DNA of 63,850 bases, filler included, from Candidatus Fermentibacterota bacterium (GCA_016928395.1; 7 parts of 7 records of this genome joined end to end with filler, not necessarily neighbours in it); one strand, 5' to 3'. Positions 29,987 through 40,584 are shown, counted from the whole stretch's first letter. The notes: a model not told the origin generated them from the sequence alone. A program made the numbers and translations.

Positions 29987-31457
29987 CCCGACGAAGCAGT
30001 GCTCTTAGCGGCCGTCGCACACGCCAGTCGACCGCATCGAGTATGACCCGGGTAACGGTCATCTCCCCCTTAGTCTCGTGACGTCGGGTGAGCACATTGG
30101 CAATCTGGCGGAGGCTGGCGCCGGGACGGTGGAATGCTCTCACGGTGAGGAACATCGCATAGATGGCCGTTCGAAATCGGGAAAGGGCTCGGTAGTCCTT
30201 CCGCCAGCGGGGACTGAAGCACATTTCCTCCGCTTCACACCCCGGAAAAGCCTCCATGGAGGCCGTGCCCGGAAAGGGCGTCATAATGGGGATGATCAGC
30301 TCATCCAGGCCTTGGCGGGCCAGGTGAGCGACATACCGCCTGGTCATCGCGCGGTCTTCATCCTCCTCGCCGGGATAGCCTAACATGAAACATGCATTGG
30401 TGCGAATACCCCTCTTGGATGTCATGGCCACGGTGGCGCTCACCCGCGAGAGATCCATGCGCTTGCCCATGAGCTCCAGAACCCTGGGTGAGCCGGTCTC
30501 GGGAGACACTGAGAGATAACGGAACCCCGCCCGGGCCATCAGGTCTACCAGTTCCTCATTCAGGGTCATGGCATTGATGCCCGAGGGAAGGCAGAAAGTG
30601 AACCCGCGACCCAGCCTGATGACCTCCCGGCATATCTCTGCGCAGCGCGCTCGGTTCAAGGCAAAGTTCTCATCCTGGATGTGAAAATCGGTGATGCCCC
30701 ACCGATCGTGATAGAAGACCAACTCCCTCAGAACATCATCTGGCGAGCGGGCCAGCCACTTGCCTCCCGACATCAGGGGCGCCTGGCAAAAGCCGCAGTG
30801 GAACGGGCAGCCGCGGGAGGTGATCACGTTCATGTACGGCCCGCGCACCGGGCCGTGGCCGTAGGGCAGCTTCCAGTAGTTCTCCAGCGGGAGCAGCTCC
30901 GCGGCGGGGAGAGGAAAGCCGTCCAGTGTCCCCAGAAGCTTCGTGCGCGGGCGGATCACTTCCCCTGTGGCCAACCCCTCGACTTCTTCCAGGGAGCCAC
31001 GGCCTTCCAGTGCATCGAGAAGCGCGGGAAGCCGGTGTTCGCCTTCGCCCAACACGACAAAGTCAGCGCCCAAGGCAACGAACTGCTCCGGCACAAACGT
31101 CGGGTGGTACCCGCCCACGATAAGGGGCATACCGGGGAATGCATCCCGCAGTTCGGACAGTAGTGCCCGCGCTATCGCCTGCTCGGTGGTACAGTGGACG
31201 CTCAACCCGATGGCATCGATCTCCCCTGTGACCGACCTGACGATCTCTGACGGCGTCAGACCCCGGGCCACATACTGACGTGCAAACGAATAAAGCCTCC
31301 GGGGGGCACTGCCATAGGCGTCCAGCACCGCCACGGGATGCCCCGCGGCCTGTACCACCGCGGCAAGATGGGCAATCCCGATGGGAATGCCGGGGATGGA
31401 GCCGTAGAAATCGCCTCGGTGATGAATCACGGGAGGGCGGATCAGGAGCAGCTTCAT
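29952..31457 (-). CDS. B12-binding domain radical SAM protein
   Basis: PIGIAHLAA, GGYHPT, GEGE, SRGCPFHCGFC, QDENF, PETGS, TPFPGT. Confidence 0.93.
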   Translation of the reverse strand: MKLLLIRPPVIHHRGDFYGSIPGIPIGIAHLAAVVQAAGHPVAVLDAYGSAPRRLYSFARQYVARGLTPSEIVRSVTGEIDAIGLSVHCTTEQAIARALLSELRDAFPGMPLIVGGYHPTFVPEQFVALGADFVVLGEGEHRLPALLDALEGRGSLEEVEGLATGEVIRPRTKLLGTLDGFPLPAAELLPLENYWKLPYGHGPVRGPYMNVITSRGCPFHCGFCQAPLMSGGKWLARSPDDVLRELVFYHDRWGITDFHIQDENFALNRARCAEICREVIRLGRGFTFCLPSGINAMTLNEELVDLMARAGFRYLSVSPETGSPRVLELMGKRMDLSRVSATVAMTSKRGIRTNACFMLGYPGEEDEDRAMTRRYVAHLARQGLDELIIPIMTPFPGTASMEAFPGCEAEEMCFSPRWRKDYRALSRFRTAIYAMFLTVRAFHRPGASLRQIANVLTRRHETKGEMTVTRVILDAVDWRVRRPLRALLRRDAIPSRSASPT

Positions 31458-31589
31458 TTCGGCGTGCAGGATAGCGTGGAGAGCCGCCACCTGTCGACGG
31501 ACAGGCTATCGAAGAGCGTGGTACGCAGAGCGCACCCATCCCGGAAGCGGACTATCCGACGTGGGACACACGGGAGGCGGTCAGAGCAC

Positions 31590-31690
31590 GTGTCACAGCC
31601 GCGCTCCACGGGGTTGACGATCTGCTCCAGCGTCACTTCTTCCTCCCCGAAGACCACCACGTCCAGCGGGGGATCATCGAAACCGGCGGC
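31590..31690 (-). pseudogene. Short remnant resembling the end of a B12-binding domain (approximate bounds)
   Basis: DPPLDVVVFGEEEVTLEQIVNPVERGCD aligns by eye with EPALDAVVYGEGDLTVVELAARVASGAD of the 26556-27977 protein. Confidence 0.5.
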
Positions 31691-31719
31691 GCGGCGAGAC
31701 GACACTTCATCGAAGACTT

Positions 31720-33144
31720 CTAGCTTGCGGTCAGGAGAAGAAAAAAGCCCTTGATGTTCTTCTTCAGGTCATGGATGTTGCGCATCTTGCGGATCCGCTG
31801 CCCTACCAGACGCGGCCGCAGGTAGAAGCGCTTATGTCCCTGCTTGATGAGACTGATGATCTGCTCTTCGGTCATCCCCTCGGGCACAAACGACACGTTC
31901 TTCAGATCGTACGGGGCTTCGTGCTTCACGGCGCGAATCCTGCCGGACTGCACGTCTTCATAGACCGCCGAACCCGGGAACGGGGTGAGCGACACGAACA
32001 CCGCGAAGTCCAACCCGATGGAACAGGCGAACTCGATGGTCTGCAAGCCCTCCTCATAGGTCTCGCCAGGGATGCCGAACATGAATGTGCCGTATGCCTC
32101 GATGCCGGCCTTGTTCGTCATGCGCACGGCATCGGCGATCTGCGTGAGGGTAAGTTCCTTCCGCAAGGTGTCGATGTTCTTCTGCACGCCCGATTCTATG
32201 CCGTAGAGCACCCGCCAGCATCCGGCCCGCTTCATGTGCCGCAGCAGCGGCAGGTCTACCTTGTCGGCCCGGGCATTCACGCACCAATCAACCTTCAGTC
32301 TGCGCCGAAGCATCTCGTCACAGACCTCGCTGGCCCGGCGCTCGGACAGCGTAAATGTGTCGTCCCAAAACGCAACATCCACCACACCGTGATCGCGATG
32401 CAGCATCTCAATCTCATCCACAATATTGCGCGCGCTGCGCATCCTCGTGAACGGATCTGTGTGGCAGAAGGTGCAGTGATACGGACACCCACGGGATCCG
32501 ATTATGGACTCGTGGGGCAGCCGGTGGTAGAAGGTCGGCGAGGGAAGGTACTTGGAAAGGTCAACCACCGAACGATCGGGAAACGGCAACGTGTCCAAGT
32601 CTTTCACCGGGGGGCGCGGCGGGTTGACCGCCACCTCCCCGTCATTCCGGTAGATGATCCCCTGAACTCCCTCCAGCGGTGCCCGATCCTGGAGCCGGCG
32701 CATGAGCTCCCGTGCGGTGATCTCGCCGTCACCGTAGACGACGATGTCCAATTCGGGACACTCCTCGAAGCACTGCTCTTTCCACAGGGTCGGGTGAATG
32801 CCCCCCGCCACAAGAGTCAACTCGGGGAAGGCGCCGCGCAGAGACCGGGCCAAATGCTTCATGTTGCGCCAGTCGACGCTGGTGACCGTCATCCCGACCA
32901 CGTCCGGTTGTATCCGCCTGACCGTCTCCAGCACGATCTCCGGGGTGCTGAAGAGCCCTTCCAGATAATGCACCTCATGCCCGTCGCCCTTCAGATGGGG
33001 CACGAGGTACAGCAGGGAAGGCGAGGGAACGACATTGACCAGAGGTCGTATCTTGAGCCAGCCGAAGCCTTTCCTCCGGATGTTCATGAAGCGGTGCTGA
33101 TCCTGCTCCCACGGGGCAGGCACGGTCATGAGCAGGACACGCAT
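31720..33144 (-). CDS. B12-binding domain radical SAM protein
   Basis: GGIHPT, GDGE, SRGCPYHCTFC, WDDTF, GIESG, FGIPGET; close paralog of 26556-27977. Confidence 0.93.
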   Translation of the reverse strand: MRVLLMTVPAPWEQDQHRFMNIRRKGFGWLKIRPLVNVVPSPSLLYLVPHLKGDGHEVHYLEGLFSTPEIVLETVRRIQPDVVGMTVTSVDWRNMKHLARSLRGAFPELTLVAGGIHPTLWKEQCFEECPELDIVVYGDGEITARELMRRLQDRAPLEGVQGIIYRNDGEVAVNPPRPPVKDLDTLPFPDRSVVDLSKYLPSPTFYHRLPHESIIGSRGCPYHCTFCHTDPFTRMRSARNIVDEIEMLHRDHGVVDVAFWDDTFTLSERRASEVCDEMLRRRLKVDWCVNARADKVDLPLLRHMKRAGCWRVLYGIESGVQKNIDTLRKELTLTQIADAVRMTNKAGIEAYGTFMFGIPGETYEEGLQTIEFACSIGLDFAVFVSLTPFPGSAVYEDVQSGRIRAVKHEAPYDLKNVSFVPEGMTEEQIISLIKQGHKRFYLRPRLVGQRIRKMRNIHDLKKNIKGFFLLLTAS

Positions 33145-33147
33145 CGA

Positions 33148-34158
33148 TCAGTACCTCTTGCCAAAGAGAAACGAGACTGCGCCCGAGACGATGCCCGCAT
33201 CGATGGCGGCGACATCAGCCACGAGAAGCGCGGCGATCGCGCCGGCTTGGAGGGCGCCGCGGCGACGGGAAATGAAGAACAAGAACGGAAGCTGGAAGAG
33301 AATCACGCACGCACCCAGCGCGACCGCAAGAGGCACTGCCCCCGCCCAGGCCGCCGCGATCCCCAAGGGAAGACAGGCGAGACTCCCCAGCCAGGCCCTC
33401 ATCTCGCCGGCGCGGGCTGTGCTCACGGCCCAACCACCACCGGGATGCAATACCGCTACATCCCTGGCCAAAGCCCGGCGCAGCATGAACCGCGTCTTTG
33501 CCGCAGCCAGACGGAAATCATAGCGCAGCAGTTCACCTGCTCCATAGTGCCGGTCGTGAATCACCCGAAGCCGCGAGTCAAGGAGAATGCGGCCTCCTCT
33601 CCGCACGACGCGATGCCCCAGGTCTGCGTCTTCCACCGTCGGCACGGTGATCCTCTCATCGAAACCACCCAGTTCACGAAACAGCGACGCTCTGATGGCG
33701 AAGAAGAACGACGCGGCCGACACCAGCCAGGGGTTCTTGATCCGTCGCGTCCATGAGTAGTGGTAGTAGAGGTTCTTGTACTGGCTGGATGCATTTGGAT
33801 GCGGGCATTCCGCGGCATAGATCCCCTGCACCGCATCGGGGCAGTCTGGCGCCTGAAAGTGGTGGAGGAGGAGGGTGAACGCATCGGGCGGAACCATGAC
33901 ATCGGCATCCACGAACACTACGATCTCTCCGCCAGCCTCGCGGGCGCCCAGATTCCTGGCCCTGGACGCGCCCACTGACCTCGGCAGGGTAATGACCCGC
34001 GTGGCGTCGCGTTCCGCAAGGGACGCCGTCGCATCGCAGGATCCATCATTGACCACAAGGATCTCTAGTGACATCCCCCCCGCGCGGCGGAGAGCAGCCA
34101 GGCACGAGGGAAGGGTGGGCGCAGCATCCCGCGCCGGCACCACTGCGGACACCGTCAT
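33148..34158 (-). CDS. Glycosyltransferase family 2 with C-terminal TM segments
   Basis: SAVVPA, VVNDGS, ARNLGA, FVDAD, GGFDER, VEDADLG. Confidence 0.9.
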   Translation of the reverse strand: MTVSAVVPARDAAPTLPSCLAALRRAGGMSLEILVVNDGSCDATASLAERDATRVITLPRSVGASRARNLGAREAGGEIVVFVDADVMVPPDAFTLLLHHFQAPDCPDAVQGIYAAECPHPNASSQYKNLYYHYSWTRRIKNPWLVSAASFFFAIRASLFRELGGFDERITVPTVEDADLGHRVVRRGGRILLDSRLRVIHDRHYGAGELLRYDFRLAAAKTRFMLRRALARDVAVLHPGGGWAVSTARAGEMRAWLGSLACLPLGIAAAWAGAVPLAVALGACVILFQLPFLFFISRRRGALQAGAIAALLVADVAAIDAGIVSGAVSFLFGKRY

Positions 34159-34934
34159 GAGAAGCGGGGAAGCGTCGGGTCGCGACGGATACCCAGGCGG
34201 TGTAGGAAAAAGCGCGCCATGTGGCCCAGAAGGCTGAGCCCGTAGCGGATTCCCTGGCGAAAGCTCATCTTGGAGCTGTCATCGGCGAAGCGTGTCGGGC
34301 TGGGGATTTCGTCGATCCGGTGGCCGCGGGCAGCCAGATGCACCATGATCTGAGTGTCGAAATCGAATCGGTCGGAGAAGGTGTGAAAGGGAACCGCCTC
34401 CAGCCCTCGCCTCGAATATGCGCGGTAGCCGTTGTGAAACTCGGAAAGCCGCGTGCCGAACACGAGGTTGCCCAAAAACGTCAGGGTTCGGTTCGGAATG
34501 TACTTCCAGATGGGCATACCCCCCTTCAGGGCATCACCGCTCTTGATGCGTGACCCGGTCACGCCATCGGCCCCCGCTGCCACGGCTTCGACGAATCTGG
34601 GTAGGATGGCGGGGCTGTACTGAAAATCCGAGTGGAGCAAGACCACGATGTCGGCCGCATGCTCCAGAGCCCAGGCGTATCCCGTCTTCTGTGCTCCGCC
34701 GTATCCTCTGTTTTTCGGATGGTTCACCACCGCAAGGCCCAGAGAGCGGGCGACTTCATCGGTGCCGTCGCGGCTACCGTCATTCACCAGGACGATTTCG
34801 TCCACCCATCCTTCGGGGATGGCCGCCACGGTCTTCGCCAGAGTGCGGGCGGTGTTGTAGGCGGGCATGACCACTACGACCCTGCGACCCGAAGCGTGCG
34901 CGCTCACTGTGTCAAAACCTCCTACCCACAGCAT
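34155..34934 (-). CDS. Glycosyltransferase family 2, polyprenol-phosphate sugar synthase (DPM1-like)
   Basis: VMPAYN, VNDGSRD, NRGYGGAQKTG, HSDFQY, GSR, GGMPIWKY, EFHNGYRAY, FDTQ. Confidence 0.9.
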   Translation of the reverse strand: MLWVGGFDTVSAHASGRRVVVVMPAYNTARTLAKTVAAIPEGWVDEIVLVNDGSRDGTDEVARSLGLAVVNHPKNRGYGGAQKTGYAWALEHAADIVVLLHSDFQYSPAILPRFVEAVAAGADGVTGSRIKSGDALKGGMPIWKYIPNRTLTFLGNLVFGTRLSEFHNGYRAYSRRGLEAVPFHTFSDRFDFDTQIMVHLAARGHRIDEIPSPTRFADDSSKMSFRQGIRYGLSLLGHMARFFLHRLGIRRDPTLPRFS

Positions 34935-35952
34935 ACTCCAGGGCGCCTACCATGAGCCCAGCCCCCACAGCCAGCATGTCGAACCACAGCATTCCAAGAG
35001 AGACCATGGCGGCCACCCAGCCGTGGGTGACTCTGACATGCGTGAGGAACCCGCCGCCGAGACAGGCCAAAACTACCCAGGCCCCGAGAAAGACCGCCAG
35101 AAGTCTCCAGCCCGGCATCACCAGCAGTGCGCCCAGCAGAAGGGCAATCCCCCACGACACGGGAATTGCCAGCACAATCCTGCGGGAATGGTGTGTCAAG
35201 TTGCTGCCCACATTGGCATAGCGACGAAGAAGCCGGAGGCGAACATGCCGCAAGGCGCTCTTCATCTGGCTGCGCCCCATCCGGAATCGGCGGATGAGAA
35301 AACGACCGAGCGTGTAGTCAGCCAAGTGATCCACCAGAAGCGTTCGGTCAAGCAGTATCTGATAGCCTTTGTCCACCAACGTATACCCAAACTCCTCATC
35401 CTCCACGGTGGCCCCCGGTATCCGCTCGTCGAATCCGCCTGCCCGCAAGAATACGTCCCGGCGCACTGCGGCGCACCACGTCGCAAACACACTGGTATGG
35501 TCTCCCGGCACGCGGCGCAGGGAATAGTGGTAGTAGTCGTTCTGATAACGGCTCCACGGGTTGGCCACGGGGCCCGGGCATCGGTAGAGGCTCTGCACCG
35601 CCGCCACGTCCGGATGTCGGGAGAAATCCTCCCGGACCCGGTGCAGCGTATCCGAAGCGATCACCACATCGGCATCCACGAAGACGATGATGGCCCCCCG
35701 AGCCGCCCGCGCCCCCGCATTGCGGGCGGCGGCGGCGCCTCGCCGGGAGGTCAGCCGCACCAGACGGTGACACAGATCGCCGGCGATGCGGGCAGAGTCG
35801 TCGGCAGACTTGTCGTCAACTACGATAAGCTCGGCGTCATCCAGGCCTGACCCGCACACCGCCTCAAGGCATCGGCGAAGAGTCCCCGCGGCATCATGCG
35901 CGGGGACCACAATGGAGAGGTCCGGAAGGGACCGGCTCGATTCGGCGGCCAT
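34912..35952 (-). CDS. Glycosyltransferase family 2 with C-terminal TM segments (paralog of 33148-34158)
   Basis: SIVVPA, VVDDKS, ARNAGA, FVDAD, GGFDER, VEDEEFG. Confidence 0.9.
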   Translation of the reverse strand: MAAESSRSLPDLSIVVPAHDAAGTLRRCLEAVCGSGLDDAELIVVDDKSADDSARIAGDLCHRLVRLTSRRGAAAARNAGARAARGAIIVFVDADVVIASDTLHRVREDFSRHPDVAAVQSLYRCPGPVANPWSRYQNDYYHYSLRRVPGDHTSVFATWCAAVRRDVFLRAGGFDERIPGATVEDEEFGYTLVDKGYQILLDRTLLVDHLADYTLGRFLIRRFRMGRSQMKSALRHVRLRLLRRYANVGSNLTHHSRRIVLAIPVSWGIALLLGALLVMPGWRLLAVFLGAWVVLACLGGGFLTHVRVTHGWVAAMVSLGMLWFDMLAVGAGLMVGALEYAVGRRF

Positions 35953-36168
35953 TGTAACAACCCTGAAGGCTCCCCCATGCCGCGCCCACTGGCAGGCTCT
36001 CGGCCGGAGAACCGGAGAGAATGGAACAAAGTTCCCGGGTCATGGGAACGGGAATCTTCCAATGTCACCGTTGGGAGTCTGGGTGTCAATGTGGACTCTG
36101 GTCGACCTCGCCCTCAGGGAACGGGCGCGCGGGCCTGCACCTTTGAGGACCGTGCACCACCTTCCTGC

Positions 36169-36196
36169 TTGACATCTCGCCCGGACATCGTACCAT
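36169..36196 (+). promoter_or_regulatory. Candidate sigma70 promoter
   Basis: TTGACA-N16-TACCAT in the divergent intergenic region upstream of the radical SAM gene. Confidence 0.5.
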
Positions 36197-36338
36197 CGAG
36201 TCTTCATCCCCTGTGTGTCGCGAATCCGCAGTCACGTCCCACGGCCTTGAGGGCGTGACAGTGGGCCGGCACGGTGGTGCCGGCGGTCTCCATGGATACG
36301 ACCGGCCCCGCCGGAATCAGAGAAGGCAGGTAGCCTGC

Positions 36339-37976
36339 GTGCATACACCCTCCATCGCGGTGATCACTCCCATCGAAGACGGCATACCCGTCCAGGTGTC
36401 CGCCTACAAAGCGTGGATGCCCCGATACGGCAGCGTTTCGGTGGCCCAGGCCCTCAAGGATGCGGGCTATGAGGTCCGCCATTACTGCGAGCACTCAGGA
36501 AGCGTCATCGATTGGGAGTGGGTCTTCTCCTGCGACTATGTCGGCCTGTCGCTCATGACGTTCTGCGCCCGCAAAGGCGCCCAGTACGCCCGGCGGATCC
36601 GCGAGCACTCCAAGGCCCGCATCATTGCCGGGGGCTGCCATGCCTCGGTCGCGCCGGAGGACTGTCTGGATTTCGCCGACATCGCCGTCCGCAACGAAGG
36701 CGAGGCCGCGCTGCTGGAGGTGCTGGATGCCCTGGGCCACGGGGGTGATCTCTCGGGTGTGCAGGGTATCAGCTATCGCGACGGGTTCGGCCAGATACGG
36801 CACAATCCTGATCACGCCTTCATTGCGGATCTGAGTAGAGTCGTCGACATCTCTCTCATCGATGGCTACCCCAGGAATGACCCACGCCGGTTCCTCAAAG
36901 AGGCGTTCAGGCGGCGCCAGATTCCCCGGATCAGCCTACCCGTAGCGCAGACATCCCGGGGCTGCGTGCACCGCTGCCGTTTCTGCATGGTCAAGTTCGA
37001 GCTGGGATCAACCTACCGCCGCCGTCCTCCGGAGGTGGTGGTGCAGGAGATCGAAAAAGCCTTCGATCATCTTAGATCGCGCACCATCTTCTTGGTGGAC
37101 AATGACTTCACCCACGACACCGACCATGCGCTGGCGGTGCTTACGCCACTGGTCGAGAAGTACGGCGGGAGATTTAACATCTACTTCTTCAGCCGTATCG
37201 ATCTCGCGAAGAAGCCGCGGCTGCTGGAGGTCTTGCGCACCATCGACAATGTCTATATCGGCGTCGGGTTCGAATCAACCAATGATTCGACCTTGTCGGA
37301 GTTCTCCAAGGGGCAGCGCCACGGCGACTTCATCGAGAGCGTCGACACGCTTCACCGGTACGGATTCAATATCCACGGCCTCTTCATCTTCGGCGCGGAT
37401 ACCGATACGGTCCGGAGTCTGGAGGAGACTGTGGGATTCGCTCTGCAAAACAAGCTCTACACGGTGGGGTTCAGCGCCCTCTACGATATCCCGGGCAAAG
37501 AGAAGACCCTGGGCCTCCCCCAGCTCATTCCTGACCATCGCTTCATTCATCGGGACTGGCGACTCTTCACGAGCCACTTCGTCGTGCACTACCCAAGACA
37601 GATGCGGCCCAGCCAGCTCCAGCGCGCCATCATCGACGGCCAGAAGCGCTTCTTCCGCGAGAACCGGGCGACCTTCTTCCAGTACTTTCCGGTGTACGCC
37701 AGCTCCGAGCCTTATATTCGCTACCTCGAACAGGCGGAGCGGGATCTGTACGACACCCAGGATCGCCTCATTGAGGAACGGCTCATGGGGAGAACCTACG
37801 AGGATCTTCCCGACCTCGTGCCGCTGCGGGCCAGTCGGTGGGTGAAAAGCCGGGAAACCGGGGAGTTCATCCTGCAGAACGCCTTCCGCGCCAAGGCATG
37901 GCAGATGCTGTCATCCAACTTCGGCCGTCGGGGGACCGGGGCCAAACCCCTCATCCTCGGCAGCCTCCAGACGTAG
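36339..37976 (+). CDS. B12-binding domain radical SAM protein (start uncertain)
   Basis: MPRYG, GGCHAS, NEGE, TSRGCVHRCRFC, VDNDF, GFES, FIFGADTD. Confidence 0.9.
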   Translation: MHTPSIAVITPIEDGIPVQVSAYKAWMPRYGSVSVAQALKDAGYEVRHYCEHSGSVIDWEWVFSCDYVGLSLMTFCARKGAQYARRIREHSKARIIAGGCHASVAPEDCLDFADIAVRNEGEAALLEVLDALGHGGDLSGVQGISYRDGFGQIRHNPDHAFIADLSRVVDISLIDGYPRNDPRRFLKEAFRRRQIPRISLPVAQTSRGCVHRCRFCMVKFELGSTYRRRPPEVVVQEIEKAFDHLRSRTIFLVDNDFTHDTDHALAVLTPLVEKYGGRFNIYFFSRIDLAKKPRLLEVLRTIDNVYIGVGFESTNDSTLSEFSKGQRHGDFIESVDTLHRYGFNIHGLFIFGADTDTVRSLEETVGFALQNKLYTVGFSALYDIPGKEKTLGLPQLIPDHRFIHRDWRLFTSHFVVHYPRQMRPSQLQRAIIDGQKRFFRENRATFFQYFPVYASSEPYIRYLEQAERDLYDTQDRLIEERLMGRTYEDLPDLVPLRASRWVKSRETGEFILQNAFRAKAWQMLSSNFGRRGTGAKPLILGSLQT

Positions 37977-38286
37977 CATCTCATCCTCGGGGCGCCTCAC
38001 ATTGTGAATGAGGGCTTCCATGGCGTGTATCGTGAAGGCGGCAAGACTCAAGGAGTCAGAACCCAGAGTGGCCCCTGAATGGGCGCCGAGTGCCGGGCGC
38101 CGCTTCCCGCAAGGCGCCCATATCCGAGATCGCTGGCGGGAATCGGATACGACAGTCTCGCTCCCTCTCCACCAAGCCCCCAGTGACGGTCGCCCCTTCG
38201 GGGGCGAACAGCCATCCGCCCGAATGCTCATTCCCCACAAATCCGACAGTCTTCGGCCCGCAAGAAGCCTGCCCACGCTACGGGGG

Positions 38287-39702
38287 TCAGGATTCCACTG
38301 AACTACTGAGCCTTCCCTTATCACGCATACGCCGGAACCACAGCCAGGCGGCGTTGCTCCAATCGATTCTCAGCCGGGGCATTCCCATAAGGATCTTGGG
38401 CGCCTTGGCGGCATAGAAGCGGCGGTAGGCCCGGCGTTGGAGACGCCGCAGCTCCTCCCCGGAGACGGCGCTCAGGTTGAAGTAGCCGGAGAGGTAGTTG
38501 TACTTCCCGAAGTCCAGCGTCGCCGACTCTTCCGGCCCCACCGTTTCGTCCCACAGCGGCGTTCCAGGGTAGGGTGTGACGATGAAGAAGCTGGCGAAGA
38601 ACAGATCCGTGGCAACGGCATAGGAGATCGTCGCCTCCATCTCCTCGGCCGTCTCCGTGGGAAACCCAAGCATGAAGTAGCCGTTGGTCACAATGCCGTC
38701 GGCATCGGCCCAGGTGATCGCCTCGCGAACGCGCTCAATGTCCAAGTGCTTGTGGATGAGCTTCTGAAGGCGCGATGATGCGGTCTCAACCGCCACGGCA
38801 AGGTTCGTGGTGCCTGCATCGGCCATCAGACTGACCAGCTCCCGATCCAGCCTGTCGGCACGGACTCCATTGGGAAATGCGAGCTGGAAGCTCCCGTCCA
38901 TCCGGCAGAGCCCTTCGCAGATGGCCTTCGCCCTGGGCAGGTCAAGGTTGAAGATATCGTCATATACCTCGATATCGCGAATGCCGAAGCGCCCCACGAT
39001 CTCTCGCGCCTCCTCCACCACGTTCTCTGCGGATCTCGGGCGGAACTGCTTCCCGAAGAGGTTGTGGCAGTAAAAACACTGGTAGGGACACCCTCGCGAG
39101 GTGAACAGGGGAAGGAACCGGCCACGCTTGAGATTGCCGGCTCGCCCCCGGCGTGCATAGAGATTGATGTCTACCAGATCCCATGCGGGGAAGGGAAGCG
39201 CATCCACATCGGAGACGGCTTGGCGCGGCGGACCCCAGGCAACCTGCCCATCGGTGCGCCACCCAACCCCCGGGATTTCCGGCCGGTCTCCTCCACCCTC
39301 CACCGCGCGGACGACTGCGGCAAAGCTCTCCTCGCCTTCACCCGTCACCAAGACATCGATGTTCCCATCGGCGATGACATCGGCAGTGCATGCGGAAATG
39401 TGAGGGCCACCGACAACAACGGCCGTACGTCGATCTGATGCCTTGGTCTCCGCGGCAACCCGATGCATGCTGGCTGCTTCGCATGTCAAGGCGGAAACCG
39501 CCACCATATCGGCCGGAGAGGAGGAGAGTCGCTGCTTCAGGAGCGTGAACGGCTCGGGATGGCACCGAAGGTCAAGGAGCTCTATCTCGTGGCTCTTCTC
39601 CAAGGACCGGAGGTAGGAAGCCAAGTACATCAGCCCCAGCGGGTACGATATCTGCGGGACTTCTCTGTTGAAGGAAGAACACTTGACCATGAGGATGCGC
39701 AT
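38287..39702 (-). CDS. B12-binding domain radical SAM protein
   Basis: PLGLMYLASYL, GGPH, GEGE, SRGCPYQCFYC, DDIFN, FPNGVRAD, GFPTET, TPYPGT. Confidence 0.93.
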   Translation of the reverse strand: MRILMVKCSSFNREVPQISYPLGLMYLASYLRSLEKSHEIELLDLRCHPEPFTLLKQRLSSSPADMVAVSALTCEAASMHRVAAETKASDRRTAVVVGGPHISACTADVIADGNIDVLVTGEGEESFAAVVRAVEGGGDRPEIPGVGWRTDGQVAWGPPRQAVSDVDALPFPAWDLVDINLYARRGRAGNLKRGRFLPLFTSRGCPYQCFYCHNLFGKQFRPRSAENVVEEAREIVGRFGIRDIEVYDDIFNLDLPRAKAICEGLCRMDGSFQLAFPNGVRADRLDRELVSLMADAGTTNLAVAVETASSRLQKLIHKHLDIERVREAITWADADGIVTNGYFMLGFPTETAEEMEATISYAVATDLFFASFFIVTPYPGTPLWDETVGPEESATLDFGKYNYLSGYFNLSAVSGEELRRLQRRAYRRFYAAKAPKILMGMPRLRIDWSNAAWLWFRRMRDKGRLSSSVES

Positions 39703-40065
39703 ATCCGTTCTCCTGTGACTGTGCCGTGGCGGAACCTACCCGGCGGAACGTATTCGTCAATACCGGCGCCCATCATGAGGCACAGCAGTGAAGAAGTGAA
39801 GGGGCACGGGCATTCGGTAACAGGACAGTGAGACGAGTGCGATGTGAGTGAGCCGGGATCGGCGGGCCGAAAGCCGAGAGCCTCCACCCCATCGGCAAAA
39901 CCCCCGATCGAGGCCATAACCCGTACGCGCCCGGCAACGCCCGGCTTGCGACGAGTCCGCACCGTCTTCATTATGATCCCTGCGGGCCCCCGGGGGCTCC
40001 CGGCGGACCGCTCGGAATGGTCTCGCGGTTCCCTCTCATGACTCCCGCTGGGAAGGATCCTTTTC

Positions 40066-40281
40066 GTGTTGAAGAACAGATGGCGTGTGCGCCGTTGGTC
40101 CCTGGTTTCCAAGAGACGAGCATGGCCGGCCATCCTGCTCGCCCTTCTCTCCTGCGGGGGCGGCCGGGACCTTGGTGTCGTGAGCCTCATGGATGGCATT
40201 CCCGATGACCTTCCCGCGGGGCCATGGCGAGTGGTATACCTGCACGACAGGCTGCACGACGGCGCCGTGGCGGCGGCGGAC
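40066..40281 (+). CDS. N-terminus of a putative lipoprotein (cut by linker)
   Basis: Basic N-region, hydrophobic AILLALLS, lipobox-like LLSC. Confidence 0.4.
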
Positions 40282-40389
40282 NNNNNNNNNNNNNNNNNNN
40301 NNNNNNNNNNNNNNNNNNNNNNNNNTTAATTAATTAANNNNNNNNNNNNNNNNNNNNNNNNNNNNNNNNNNNNNNNNNNNNCCCGACAC

Positions 40390-40517
40390 GGGCGGAGTCA
40401 GAGCTCCGCCCCTACAAGGCAACGGTTCCTCGCAGGCCTCCGTAGGGGAGGGCGTCTCTGCCCTCCCGTGCAGCCGAACCCCGCCCCCGACGGGCGACCA
40501 GAGACGGTCGCCCCTAC
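40390..40517. repeat. GTAG-family REP cluster / REPIN
   Basis: GGGCGGAG..CTCCGCCC-CTAC; GTAG-GGGAGGGC..GCCCTCCC; GGGCGACC..GGTCGCCC-CTAC, the last being the exact reverse complement of 42249-42274. Confidence 0.85.
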
Positions 40518-40584
40518 GAGGGCAACGGTTTCTCGTAGCGCAGGGCGGGCCTGATAGCTGAGGGCCGATAGCTGACAGCAGATG

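Noticed and set aside
31771-33756. Long opposite-strand ORFs (also 5434-6864, 6925-7971, 48854-49903 and others)
   Set aside because: Antisense shadows of well-supported genes in GC-rich DNA, with no motifs.
26556-39702. Calling the cluster hopanoid or RiPP biosynthesis
   Set aside because: No squalene-hopene cyclase, SPASM domain or evident precursor peptide.
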